The position numbers and the translations under genes were made by a program. A stretch of DNA of 60,000 nucleotides from Squalus acanthias (taxonomy: Eukaryota). The stretch spans positions 145,020,001 to 145,080,000 of the forward strand of contig CM059432.1 of assembly GCA_030390025.1 (NCBI GenBank), written 5' to 3'. The notes beneath the pieces were generated by a model. It saw only the letters and a program-made list of their open reading frames with translations. It ran no database searches and was not told where the DNA came from. Positions 11,630 to 24,295 of this stretch are shown here, piece after piece; the first letter of the stretch is position 1, and every line of letters starts with the position of its first letter.

Positions 11630-13780
11630 GAGAGAGCAAGAAATAAACAGATAAAAATGCAAGGGGGAGGCTGGGGGGAGGAATAAAAGAACAAAAGGGA
11701 TGGTCTTTAGTGAGTAGAGACATTAAGAGATGCTCAAGGCAAGAGAGATGGTAATGGGACAGGTTGAGAAACAAAAGGTAAGGTGTGAAATGCTGGCAGA
11801 ATCAGAGACAGCTGCCTGTGGGGGGAGAGAGAGAAAAAAAGGAAAAAGGCACGGACCAAAAGAGTGGATAAAATGTATACATAAGTGGTAGGGGCCGGGG
11901 TTATGATCTGAAATTGTTGAACTCGATATTGAGTCCGGAAGGCTGTAAAGTGCCTAAACGGAAGATGAGGTGCTGTTCCTGGAGCTTACGCTGCGCTTCC
12001 GTGGAACAATGCAAGAGGCCGAGGACGGTGAGGTCTGAGTGAGCGTGGAGGGGTGAATTAAAATGACAAGCGACCGGAAGCTCGGGGTCACCCTTCCGGA
12101 CTGAACGGAGGTGTTCCGCAAAGCGGTCACCCAATCTGCGCTTGGTCTCCCCAATGTAGAGGAGACCACATCGTGAGCAGCGAATACAGTATACTAGATT
12201 GCAAGAAGTACAAGTAAATCGCTGTTTCACCTGGAAGGGGTGTTTGGGGCCCTGGAGAGTGGGAAGGGGGGATGTATAAGGGCAGGTGTTGCATCTCCTG
12301 CGTTTGCACGGGAAGCTGCCGGGTGAAGGGGAAGGGGTGCTGGGGGTGATAGAGGAGTGGACTAGGGTGTCTCGGAGGGAGCGGTCCCTACGGAATGCTG
12401 AAAGGGGAGGTGAGGGGAAGATACGTTTGGTGGTGGGATCACGTTGGAGGTGGCGGAAATGGCGGAGGATGATCCGTTGAATGTGGAGGCTGGTGGGGTG
12501 AAAGGTGAGGACAAGGGGAACTCTATCGTGGTTCCGGGAGGGAGGGGCCGGGGTGAGGGCAGAAGTGCGGGAGATGGAACGGACACGGTCGAGGGCCGTG
12601 TTGACCACGGTAGAGGGGAATCCTCGGTTGAGGAAAAAGGAAGACATGTCGGAAGCACTGGTATGGAAGGTGGCATCGTCGGAGCAGATGCGGCGGAGAC
12701 GGAGAAACTGGGAGAAGGGAATAGAGTCCTTACAGGAGGCGGGGTGGGAGGAAGTGTAGTCCAGGTAGCTGTGGGAGTCAGTGGGCTTGTAGTGAATGTT
12801 GGTCAATAACCTATCCCCAGAGATGGAGACGTTCCATCTCCCGCACTTCTGCCCTCACCCCGGCCCTTCCCTCCCGGAACCACGATAGAGTTCCCCTTGT
12901 CCTCACCTTTCACCCCACCAGCCTCCACATTCAACGGATCATCCTCCGCCATTTCCGCCACCTCCAACGTGATCCCACCACCAAACGTATCTTCCCCTCA
13001 CCTCCCTTTCAGCATTCCGTAGGGACCGCTCCCTCCGAGACACCCTGGTCCACTCCTCTATCACCCCCAGCACCCCTTCCCCTTCACCCGGCAGCTTCCC
13101 GTGCAAGCGCAGGAGATGCAACATCTGCCCTTATACATCCCCCCTTCCCACTCTCCAGGGCCCCAAACACCCCTTCCAGGTGAAACAGCGATTTACTTGT
13201 ACTTCTTGCAATCTAGTATACTGTATTCGCTGCTCACGATGTGGTCTCCTCTACATTGGGGAGACCAAGCGCAGATTGGGTGACCGCTTTGCGGAACACC
13301 TCCGTTCAGTCCGGAAGGGTGACCCCTGAGCTTCCGGTCGCTTGTCATTTTAATTCACCCCTCCACGCTCACTCAGACCTCACCGTCCTCGGCCTCTTGC
13401 ATTGTTCCACGGAAGCGCAGCGTAAGCTCCAGGAACAGCACCTCATCTTCGTTTAGGCACTTTACAGCCTTCCGGACTCAATATCGAGTTCAACAATTTC
13501 AGATCATAACCCCGGCCCCTACCACTTATGTATACATTTTATCCACCCTTTTGGTCCGTGCCTTTTTCCTTTTTTTCTCTCTCTCCCCCCACGGCAGCTG
13601 TCTCTGATTCTGCCAGCATTTCACACCTTACCTTTTGTTTCTCAACCTGTCCCATTACCATCTCGTCTTGCCTTGAGCATCTCTTAATGTCTCTACTCAC
13701 TAAAGACCATCCCTTTTGTTCTTTTATTCCTCCCCCCAGCCTCCTCCTTGCATTTTTATCTGTTTATTTCTTGCTCTCTC

Positions 13781-13816
13781 AGTTCCGACGAAGGGTTTCG
13801 ACCTGAAACGTTAACT
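13781..13816 (+). ncRNA. Minimal hammerhead ribozyme motif (U4C variant)
   Basis: AGTT-CCGACGA-agggtttcgacct-GAAA-CGTT-AACT. Confidence 0.65.
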
Positions 13817-15739
13817 CTCTTTCTCTCTCCACGGATGTTGCCTGGCCTGCTGAGTTTTTCCAGCGTTTTCTGTTGTTATTTCGGATTTCCAGCATCCGCA
13901 GTATTTTGCTATCGTATTAATACTCAGAATGATGCCCTCAGACTGGGGACAGTCAGTCAATCAGGTCCAGCTCCTCATGTGTGTCTTGGAAGCCACATTG
14001 TTGCGCACTTTTAAGAATTAAGTGAGCAATGGTTTTAAACTCCAATAGAAGGGTAAAAAATCTCTCGCAAAAGTGTGACCTAGGCTGGCAGTTAGCATTA
14101 GTGGCAACACCGGAGAAATTTGAAACATGATCCCGTGACATCCACCTGTTATTTCACCATCCATCTGTTGGCCACGTTTATTTTAATTTACTTTAAAGTT
14201 GGATTGAAGTCCTTAAAATATCTGTAACCCTTGCAGGTGAAATTAGTTTCAAATTGAAAGACAGAATTATAAGAATGCTAGAAAATACATCAAATAAAGT
14301 ATCAAAAATTAAAATCCACTGAGAGGACTTGGCCTCAGATTCCTCTCGATATGAACCTCACACCAGCAGGACTCACACCCCATTCAGTCATTTCTGAATT
14401 CACCACCTTCACCAGCTGTGCTTTTTGTGTACCTACAATAAAAGTGATCAAAAGTTGGGTGCATCTTAAGCTTAACCTATGACCTGTCCATGTCCCGCTG
14501 CACTTTCAGTGCAATCATTTATTTTCATGTGTCATGAGGCCTATATTCAAGGTTGTTCTTCAGCAGTAAGGTTTTCTGGGGGTGCATCAGCTTTTGCTAG
14601 TTTTCGCGGTTGGCTTATCTGCTTATAGCCGGTGTGTGCAAGCCTGTGTTTATCTAGGCAAGTCACCGTGAATGCTAAGGGACATGTGAGCAGTGAATTA
14701 GACACACAAGGTGAATTTGGGTCACCCTTTTAATCCAATTATTATAATTCACGTTATTTATCTACCCTGTGTCCTGGAGGATGGGACCATTGGCCAGAAT
14801 TTCGAGTTGGCAGGTGTCAGTTCCTATATTTAACTTGAGGTATACCCGCAGTTTTATTTTTAGGTATTTTGATATGGGTCATATCCTGGTAAATAAACAC
14901 ACATGACTGCTAGCCCTGTTTCATAATGCCTCAGAGCTCCCTTTCTTAGTTACTCAGGGTTAGCCATTAGCTCTTAACAAATTCATACAACTCACGTGAC
15001 ACTGTGTAATTATAAAACCCACCGTCCTCGAGCCCTTTAAGGTGCTTTGTCCCACTCTCTCTATTAGGTAAACAGGCCTATGGTCCAACGGAATATGGTT
15101 TTTCCTCAGATAAATGCCCTTGCAGGATTGGTTGCAATAAAATCATTGGCAATGAATCACTTTCCCTGACAACTGCAGTTTTGATCACATGGGATGGAAT
15201 AAGAGTTGGGTTGAAGCACGATGGAGGCTGGGATGGATGTGGTGGAGTGAGTTAGCACACTCGCTTTCACCGCTCCAGTACTGGGGTTCAAACCTCAACC
15301 CAGACTGATGTATTGAAGTAAAACATCTCTTGGTTTCTAAAATTAAAACAGTTCCTCTCAACCCAGTTCCTGGAGGTCCCTCAATTGATTCGGTCAGAGC
15401 TACTTGTCTTGGGTTGGAGCAGAACAGAGTAGAGGGAGCGTTACTCTCTGTATAATCCTACTTTAGAAATGCTTGGTACTGATACAGGGGCCTTAACCTG
15501 CCAAATGTTCCATTTCCTGAACACAAAATTTCACCCTCTCTGAAATCAAGGAGTTACGATGACATTGTAAAGCATCCCTGAGATGACAGGACCAGCCCTA
15601 GTTCACTCCTACTTAATCTACCAGTTGCATTCTAGTCGATCGGCACATGATGGGAAACAAAGACATTTCTTTTACAAAATAGATCTTTAATATTTTAAGA
15701 CAACTTTGGGGCACTGCAACTGACTGAGGAGCCAACTTA

Positions 15740-16189
<450 letters not shown>

Positions 16190-16404
16190 TCAGAGGTGGG
16201 TGTATATCAGAGACCGAAGTAAAGAAGCATGTTCTCTATTTTTTAAAAAGTACATATTTAATAAGATGTTGCAGAGATACATCTCAATTATACAGTGAAA
16301 CACTAGATAGAAAAGTATCTTAAATAAATCATATACCTCAAGAATATTAGAAATAAATTTACCTCAAGTAAAGTAATCTGCACAAAGTTATGATATTGTA
16401 GGCA

Positions 16405-16630
16405 CTGAACTAGCAGTCCCGAGATTCTGGTAATCTGTGGGTTAGCGCCAGATAAAATTACCACAAAAACTGCCGGATCATCGTAAAAACCCAACTGGTT
16501 CATTAATGTCCTTCAGGGAAGGGAACCTGCCGTCCTTACCCGGTCTGGGCCTACACATGACTCCAGTCCCACACCACATGGATAACTCTCAATGCCCTCG
16601 GGGCAACTAACAAAAGGCAGTAGATGCAGC
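16405..16630 (+). mobile_element. SINE-like repeat fragment
   Basis: Homologous to 49270-49510 (caactggttcattaatgtccttcagggaagggaac...ctccagtcccaca). Confidence 0.6.
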
Positions 16631-17862
16631 CTCGGGGGAATACAATGAAACGTTGATCAATCTCTGAACACGAGACAATCACATGTATTACAGGGTGAAC
16701 CATCTGATTCCTGGTGTTCCTGGTGTGGAGCCTTGCCCTCTGGGAGTGGTGCATATTGGGATCATATATGTGCAGCCCACAATTCTAAAAGACGCCAAAA
16801 CACAAAAGGTCGTCACGGGTTATGAGCACGAGTTTCCGGTATGAGCCCCAGGCGAGGCACTGAATGCAGGACAACAAACCTACATGCGCGGCCAACAGAC
16901 TTACACGCCAATAAATATACAGGCGCGGGCCATTAAATAAATACTCACGCCGACAAACATACACGCATTAACCAAAAAATATATTTGCATAGACCAATAA
17001 TTATTTACATACAAGCCCATACATATATACATACAGGTAAGCCTATATACATATAGGCTGAAATATATATGCACCTAAACCAATTAATAAACAGGATAAA
17101 GGCCAATAAATGGTTAGCAACGATGCCGTATCAGTGTCCTAGGCAGGTCCGACTGCACCAAGGCAAAGCTGTGTTGGCCTCTCACCAGGGGCACGTCTCA
17201 CACCAGTGTGAGTTTCCATGTGTAACTCCCACCCAATGTGAAACCACATTTTAAGAGTGACCAGCAGGTGGGGGGGGGGGGGGGGGGGGAGGCGAGGGGG
17301 GTCTTTTAAGGAATGGGGTCCTTTTATATCTTTGTGTGGAGTCTTTTACTGGCAGCAGACTCTCAGAATCTCCTGCTCACTGTCGTTAACATTAAAGTCC
17401 AGCAGTCCAGGGAACAGAGCTTCGTGCCTGCCTCTAAACAACCAGGCTGACCTCACTGCCACCTGGACCGATGTGCCGCTAGCAGTATAACTCCAGTCTA
17501 TTGGCTGCACACAGCACTTCACGGCTACGTGTTTTGGACTGGTAGCAGCAGTCTGAATCAAAGGTTTCCGCTGACATCATGAATTGAATGGCGAGGTTAA
17601 ATTACAACCCTGTACATCTGCCAGGAGCTTTTTTTTAAATTCTTTGTAAGAGGTAATGTTTATACTTAGAATTAACGCTCAGTTACCCGTGCTGATTACT
17701 GTTTATTTTGGCAGTGTTTCTCTTCAGCCATTGAAGAGTGAACTTTATGACTAATTTACCTCAGGTTAACTATACGGTAGAATACTGTGCACACCATTCC
17801 CTCGCTTTAATGAACACAGCAAGATATTGTGCTGAGATATATTCCAATTCGACATTAACATT

Positions 17863-18621
17863 GGGCCAGAAATTCGGCACTTGCCGGGTGAGTACGCACT
17901 GTGTACTCACCCGTAAGGCCACCTGAAGTGCCGGTTTCCTGCATGCACTGCGCATGCGCGGGAAACCGGAACTTCCGTTCCCCTGAAGGGAGGGGTTCAG
18001 AGGTGAACCGCGTGTGCGGGAGAGGCTGCGCGCACGCAGCGAACTTCGTTTTTTTTCAGGTTTCTCCGGGAGGATAAGTATGGAGAAGCTGCGCTTTTAA
18101 AAAGGAGGCGCAAGACCTGTTTTTAACAAGGTAAGTGGTTAATTAATTACAATTTAAAAAATTTTCAACAGGTTTATCTTTTTTAGATACTTTAAAGAAA
18201 GGTAAGTTTATTTTTAGCACTGTTAAAAAGTATTTTAATTTTTTCAAAAATTTAAATTTTTGTTTAAAGTAGTTAATTTATTTAACTTATAGTTATTTTA
18301 AAAATGTGATGTTTTTAAAAAAAAATTATTTGAAGTTTAGGTGTTGTTTTGGGGCCGATTTCAATTCATAGATTTGACAGGTCTGTCAAATCTATGAATG
18401 AAAGATGGTCTGCTGCCATTGGCTCTCCATGGCCCACGTGATCCCAGGGGACGCATCGCACTAACTGCGCCCCTGGGATACACAAGCACTGTGCGCCAGC
18501 AGCTGCAGGAGGCCCAGGAGCTGAAGTCCCCGTGGGCCCAGAGGTCAACGGCAGGCGCGGTAGGTAGGTGCGCGCGGGATCCTTGCACCCGCGGGAAGCC
18601 AGGGAGCCGAATTTCTGGCCC
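17863..18621 (+). mobile_element. Non-autonomous DNA transposon (MITE, PIF/Harbinger-like)
   Basis: TIRs gggccagaaattcggc/gccgaatttctggccc, 3-bp ATT TSD, no recognisable coding capacity. Confidence 0.85.
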
Positions 18622-19004
18622 ATTAACTCGCAGGACATCATTGTGAGACTCACTCGTGGTGCAGAGTCTTGCTTAACAGGGATCTGGATCAGAGGAAGAA
18701 CTGAAGCCTCAGTTTTTCCACAGATGGTGCCTGACCTTCTGAGCATTCCCAGCTCTCTCGGTTTGTGTTGTCAGAGTGGAGAATCGAGTGGGAGGTTAGC
18801 GCACTGACCGGCCGGCCGCACTCCCGATCATCAGGACATAGTGACCTCCGCACCCAGCTCTCCGCCTGAGTGAGATTCTGCACTGAGCGCCGACTCGCTG
18901 CTTTGGGATTCGCGTGTTTAAGTATGTCCAAAACATTCCCTTCCTCTGTAAGATTGTTTATTTTGTATCAATGTCATTTGAATGAACCCTTGTATCAAAT
19001 ACAG

Positions 19005-19412
19005 AAAGAAAGAACTCCCATTTCTACAGCACCTTTCGCAATCTCAGAATGTCCCAAAGCGCTTTACAGCCAATGAAGTACTTTTGAATTGTCGTCACTG
19101 TTGTAATATAAGAAATGCGGCAGCCAATTTGCGCACAGCAAGATCCCACAACCAATTAGAAAATGACCAGATAATCTGTTTTTCGTGATGCTAGTTGAGG
19201 GATAAATATTGGCCAGGACACAGGGGGAAGAACTTATCTGCTCTTCTTTAAATAGTGCCATGGGATCTTTTACGTCCACCTGAGAGAGCAGTCCGTTTAA
19301 CGTCGCATCCGAAAGACAGAACCTCTGACAGTGCAGCACTCCCTCGGTACTGCACTGAAGTGTCAGCTTGGATTATGGGCTCAAGTGTCTGGAATGGGAC
19401 TTGAACCCAGAA
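19005..19412 (-). mobile_element. Deu-domain SINE (SacSINE1-like)
   Basis: tRNA-like B box, Deu-like core (taaaagatcccatggcactattt...tgtcctggccaatatttatccctca) and a tail ending in ttct repeats. Confidence 0.8.
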
Positions 19413-19874
19413 TGCAATCAATGTATGCACTTTGAGCTGCTACTCTGATTAGGGAATAAATACTCAAAAGTGGTGCGCTCGAGAGAAAAAAGGAAGCTTG
19501 TGAAGCTCGTCAACTGTTTTTAGCACTGGCACTTTGTTTGTTTCGCGATTTGTTTTTTGGGTGAATTCTGTGCTGGAGGCGGGGACTGCTGGTTCAGAAG
19601 AAAGGATCTTTCAGAGACCTTAATTCCCAATGTCAATGCTAAGCACTGCTGGGTCAGTTATCACACACAATGACAGATGATCTGCACCAACGTGGAAATC
19701 CTAATTGCCCACCAATGGCCCAGCAATTACGCCTGAAAATTTTTTACGGCTGGTGCAAACAGGCACATTAAAAAATCTTCATTTTGGTGAAAATCCTTTC
19801 CTTTAATGGTTATTAACTGTCTGCAGACTTTGACACTTAAACAGGATTTAGAAAAAAAAATCAGTTCAGCAAAT

Positions 19875-20638
19875 GGGCCAGAAATTCGGCTGTTGTCGGG
19901 TGAGTACGCGCTGTGTACTCACCTGTAAGGCCACCTGAAGTGGCGGTTTCCTGCATGCACTGCGCATGCGCGGGAAACCGGAACTTCCGTTCCCCTGAAG
20001 GGAGGGGTTCAGAGGTGAACTGCGTGCGCGGGAGAGGCTGCGCGCACGCAGCGAACTTCATTTTTTTTTCAGGTTTCTCCGGGAAGCGAAGTATGGAGGA
20101 AGCTGCGCTTTTAAAAAGGAGGCGCAAGACCTGTTTTTAACAAGGTAAGTGGTTAATTAATTACAATTAAAAAAAAATTTCAACAGGTTTATCTTTTTTA
20201 GATACTTTAAAGAAAGGTAAGTTTATTTTTAGCACTGTTAAAAAGTATTTTAATTTTTTCAAAAATTTAAATTTTTGTTTAAAGTAGTTAATTTATTTAA
20301 CTTATAGTTATTTTAAAAATGTGATGTTTTTTAAAAAAATTATTTTAAGTTTAGCTGTTCTTTGGGGCCGATTTCAATTCATAGATTTGACAGGTCTTCC
20401 TGTCAAATCTATGAATGAAAGATGGTCTGCTGCCATTGGCTCTCCATGGCCTACGTGATCCCAGGGGACGCATCGCACTAACTACGCCCCTGGGATACAC
20501 AAGCACTGCGCGCCGGCAGCTGCAGGAGGCCCAGGAGCTGAAGTCCCCGTGCGCCCAGAGGTCAATGGTAGGCGCGGTAGGTAGGTGTGCGCGGGATCCT
20601 TGCACCCGCGGGAAGCCAGGGAGCCGAATTTCTGGCCC
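19875..20638 (+). mobile_element. Second copy of the same MITE
   Basis: Same TIRs and highly similar interior to 17863-18621; flanks AAT/ATT. Confidence 0.85.
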
Positions 20639-23074
20639 ATTATTGCATTATATGATAATATGGTTTTATTGTAAGGGTCCACAGCAATCTTACTTTCTCC
20701 CTTTTACCAAACTGGAACCAGCTGGCTATGAACCATCTACAGCCAAGAGGGGAGACAAGTGACTTGTTTCCTGGCCTTTCTCCAAAGCCCACTCCATCTG
20801 AGTCACTGGAAGGTGTACAATCTGATTGGAGCACCGGCCCAAGTGATCCCAGGTACGCTTCCGGCGCCCCTGGGGTCCGTGGGCCACTACGCTGCGCTCA
20901 ACTCTGCGGCGTCTGACAACAACTTTTCGTTTGGGGCCTCGCAGCAGGTAAGTGCGCATTCTGTTCGGATACCGGCAGCGTAATCCTTAATTACGCCGCC
21001 GACCGCAAAAATCCGGACCCATGGGTCCTCATTGCCTCACCGGCTCCTCAGTGAACGGTGGGTGATTCTCGGGGCCAGTGAGGGGACTGAACACTTCATG
21101 TAACTAGAAAAGGAAAGCCACAGGACAGTTGTTGATTTAGACTCTGAACAGCTGCCAGAAACTATCACCTTCGGGTCTCCTAGCAACAACCTATGCAATG
21201 CACAACTCCCAGCCTTAAAGGTGTATGACACCATCATTACAAAAAAAACAAATACACCAAGGGGCAATTGCCATTAACCATTAAATCAGGCTGGAAATCA
21301 TTTTTAAAAAGGTTTATTTTACAGCTGTGCTTTAATAATTTTGCTGGATGAGGGAACAGAAGCAGCTCCCAGATTAAATGGAGATGGTGCCAATCATCTG
21401 ACGTACAGGTTGATTGTCCTGCTCGAATGCCAGTCTGAGATAGTCCTCTAGCACTTCAGCCTTATTCAACGAACCTTACAATTCAATATAAACAACAACA
21501 TGGGTTTTAAATGGTCACTTTCCCCCATTTATTTTAGTCCTGATAATTAAATTGAGTTTTGAGGAGTTTTATTGCTTTATCATTTAACCATCTGCACAAA
21601 ATATCTAACGAGATCACAAGTGAGCTGACTAACCACTAAAACAGGCATTTATTGTTGAAAATTAGTGGAATTAAGTGAAATTATTTTATTCCATTAACCT
21701 TATTAAGCAAACAATTTGGAATGGACAAAGGATTAATCAATCAATTGGCATCTGGTCTAACATGGTTTAATGGGATGCCCCTGTGGTTTAATGGGCTGCC
21801 CTTGTTAATACAGATATTTTAAAAACACCAAGTCTATTATCAACTGAATAAGATTAACTAAATGACAACCCATCCAAAACTATTTCCAGCTGAACCCTCA
21901 GTACGATTGCAGCCCACCTTGTCCGTACCTCAATCATCAGCCTGCACTCAGCTCCTAGATCCCCCATTCCTTAACAGGAACTGCAGGAGTCTTCTGTTAT
22001 CCTTCAATGAACCAGTGCAACCAGCAAATCCCAGCTCCTCCCACACCCAAACAGCCAACCCGGCCTCTCTGTCACCAGTGCAAACAGCAGCTGCTCAACT
22101 CCTTCAGACATCATTACAGCCATAGCCATCCAAAAGTAGTTCCGGCAGAAACACCCCACGCAATGCCAACCCTCCGCAAAAGTAAATAACAGAGACCATA
22201 AAACAGGTTTTCAAAACGATTACACATATGACAGTAATGGGATGGAGTCTTTTAAATATGGAGCTGGGCCAGTGGAACCCAGGCTACACAGACACTCATG
22301 CTCTCAATTCCCTGATTGAATATGGACAATAGTCTATCATTTGCAAAGCACTGTCAGGATTGATACTTTGAATATTTAAAATTAAATCATTAAAAGGACA
22401 CTGTCACTTTCCCAGGCTGGTAACAGAATTGACCACTGTCTCAGACACGGTGGGTCAGTGGGAAAAGGAACTGGCCGTAATATTGAGCCATAGAGACAAA
22501 GAAGGTTCCAGTCTCTATCCCTGATATGTGCGGCCTTAACCCATCTCAGCCAGGGCAATACCAGGGGCTCTACAATTCCCTGCAGCATCCCTGGACTAGG
22601 GAGCAGAAACATCAGCAATGATCCCTGCTCCTGATCGTCATCTCGTGACTCCTCCCCCGAAAGCTACATGCGAGTGTGAGCACAGAGAGCGTGGCGAGAG
22701 CACAGGATAGGGCTGTGATACTCAGTGGAGTCACACCTGACAGTCAGTGCCTAGGATCAGACGTGAAGAATGGTCACTGAGAGGAGGTATTTGGTACCCA
22801 TGGGAATGTGCTCCAGCAATGAATCACGGTGGACAGGAGCAGAGGGGAAACAATCGAAGGAAGGAAGAAACCTCAAATAACATTCATTGTTTTCTTTGCT
22901 CTAGCTTTCAGTTGCCAATTTACCGGCAGCCAATGCTAAATCTTGCTCCTCTCTTTAAGGCAAGGGATGGCACTGTGAAGTGGTGACTTTGGTGGAGGTG
23001 ATCCAGACTAACTGGTTGTAGACAATTAAAGGGGCAAGTACTTTATTTTTGCGGGGCAACCAGCTGTAAACTCA

Positions 23075-23650
23075 TTAGGAACAGGAGGAGGCCATTCAAC
23101 CCCTCGAGCTCATTCTACCATTCAATTAGATCATGGCTGAGCTGTACCTTGACCCCAGTTCCCTGCCTTTGCTCCATCCCTTGATGCTGTTACCAACAAA
23201 AATCTGTCAATCTCAGTCTTGAAAACTCCAACTGACTCCCAACATCCACAGCCTTTTGGAAGAGAGAGTTTTCCAGATTTCTACAAACTTTTGTGTGAAA
23301 AAGTGCTTCCAGATTTCACTCCTGAACAGCCGGGCTCTAATTTTAAAGTTATGTCCCCTTGTTCTTGATTCCCCCCCCACCAGAGGAAATAGTTTCTCTC
23401 TATCTACCCTATCAACTCCTTCTAACATTTTAAACACCTCAGTCAGATCACTACTCAACCTTTTATACTCAAGGGAATACAAGTCTAGTCTATGTAACCT
23501 GTCCTCATAATTTAACCCTCTAAGCCCCGGTATCATTCTGGTGAATCTGTGCTGCCCCCCCTCTAAGGCCGACATATCCTTCCTGAGGTGTGGTGCCCAG
23601 AACTGAATGCAGTACTCTAGATAGAGTCTGACCAAGGCTCTGTACAACGG
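23075..23650 (-). mobile_element. CR1 LINE 3' fragment
   Basis: LYRALVRLYLEYCIQFWAPHLRKD...SRTRGHNFKI is CR1 ORF2 C-terminal sequence; followed by the 3' UTR. Confidence 0.9.
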
Positions 23651-24179
23651 TAACAAGTCACAGAGCTCAAGTTTCCAGTGGGTTTAACTGAAAAAATACC
23701 ACGATTGAGGCAAGTTCAATGTAAAATCAGAACCCAATTTATTTTACAGAACACACATGACTGACAGGATTATATTTCCAGACATTTCTAACTTCTTCTA
23801 CAAAACCGCACTACACTGTCCCGACTGGAGGACTGGACACTCACTCTTGAATTTTGCTTCCTTTCTGGTCAATCTTGGGCCAGCCAGTCTCGGGCCGTAA
23901 AAACTGACCGACTATACCTCGATTCCCGGTCCAGTGCAAGCCCTGCCTCTCGGCCTTCGTTGGACTCCCCGAACACGTGTCTTCTCTTTCTGTTACATCA
24001 GCCCATGGAAAGAATCTTAAACCTGTGCGACCCCATTTCAATTTAAAACACCGCTTCAACATTACTGATTTCCAAATCTTTTCTGTGGAAAAATGGTTCA
24101 AAAATCCCAAAATGCAGCAGACATTGTTCCCATTTTAAAGGACTGGCATGTCGAGTGTGTGGAGTGATGCAGCACTAAC

Positions 24180-24295
24180 CTTGGTCTTTAATGCAGAATG
24201 AATCATACCGACCACTTGAAGAAGCTGCTTCAGTTTTTACATGGATGGTTTGGAGGTCCTGTTGACCAAAGCCCACGTTACTGCACACGGTCATC
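24180..24295 (-). CDS. SUSD5: SUSD5 exon 3: second half of Link-like module (not in the ORF track)
   Basis: 116 nt, cag acceptor and gttagt donor; phases 2 and 1 join exons 2 and 4 in frame. MTVCSNVGFGQQDLQTIHVKTEAASSSGRYDSFCIKDQ. Confidence 0.9.

Larger units (their letters stand above)
11533..13915. mobile_element. Palindromic (head-to-head) 5'-truncated Penelope-like element in SUSD5 intron 4
   Basis: Left arm (minus, to 12829) encodes RT thumb + GIY-YIG (ORF 11901-12806). Right arm (plus, from 12830) is its mirror image plus a ~35-nt tail. TSD attaatactcagaat at 11518-11532 and 13916-13930. Confidence 0.95.

Noticed and set aside
15235..15310. tRNA-like A/B box sequence
   Set aside because: No cloverleaf; more likely a decayed SINE head than a tRNA gene.
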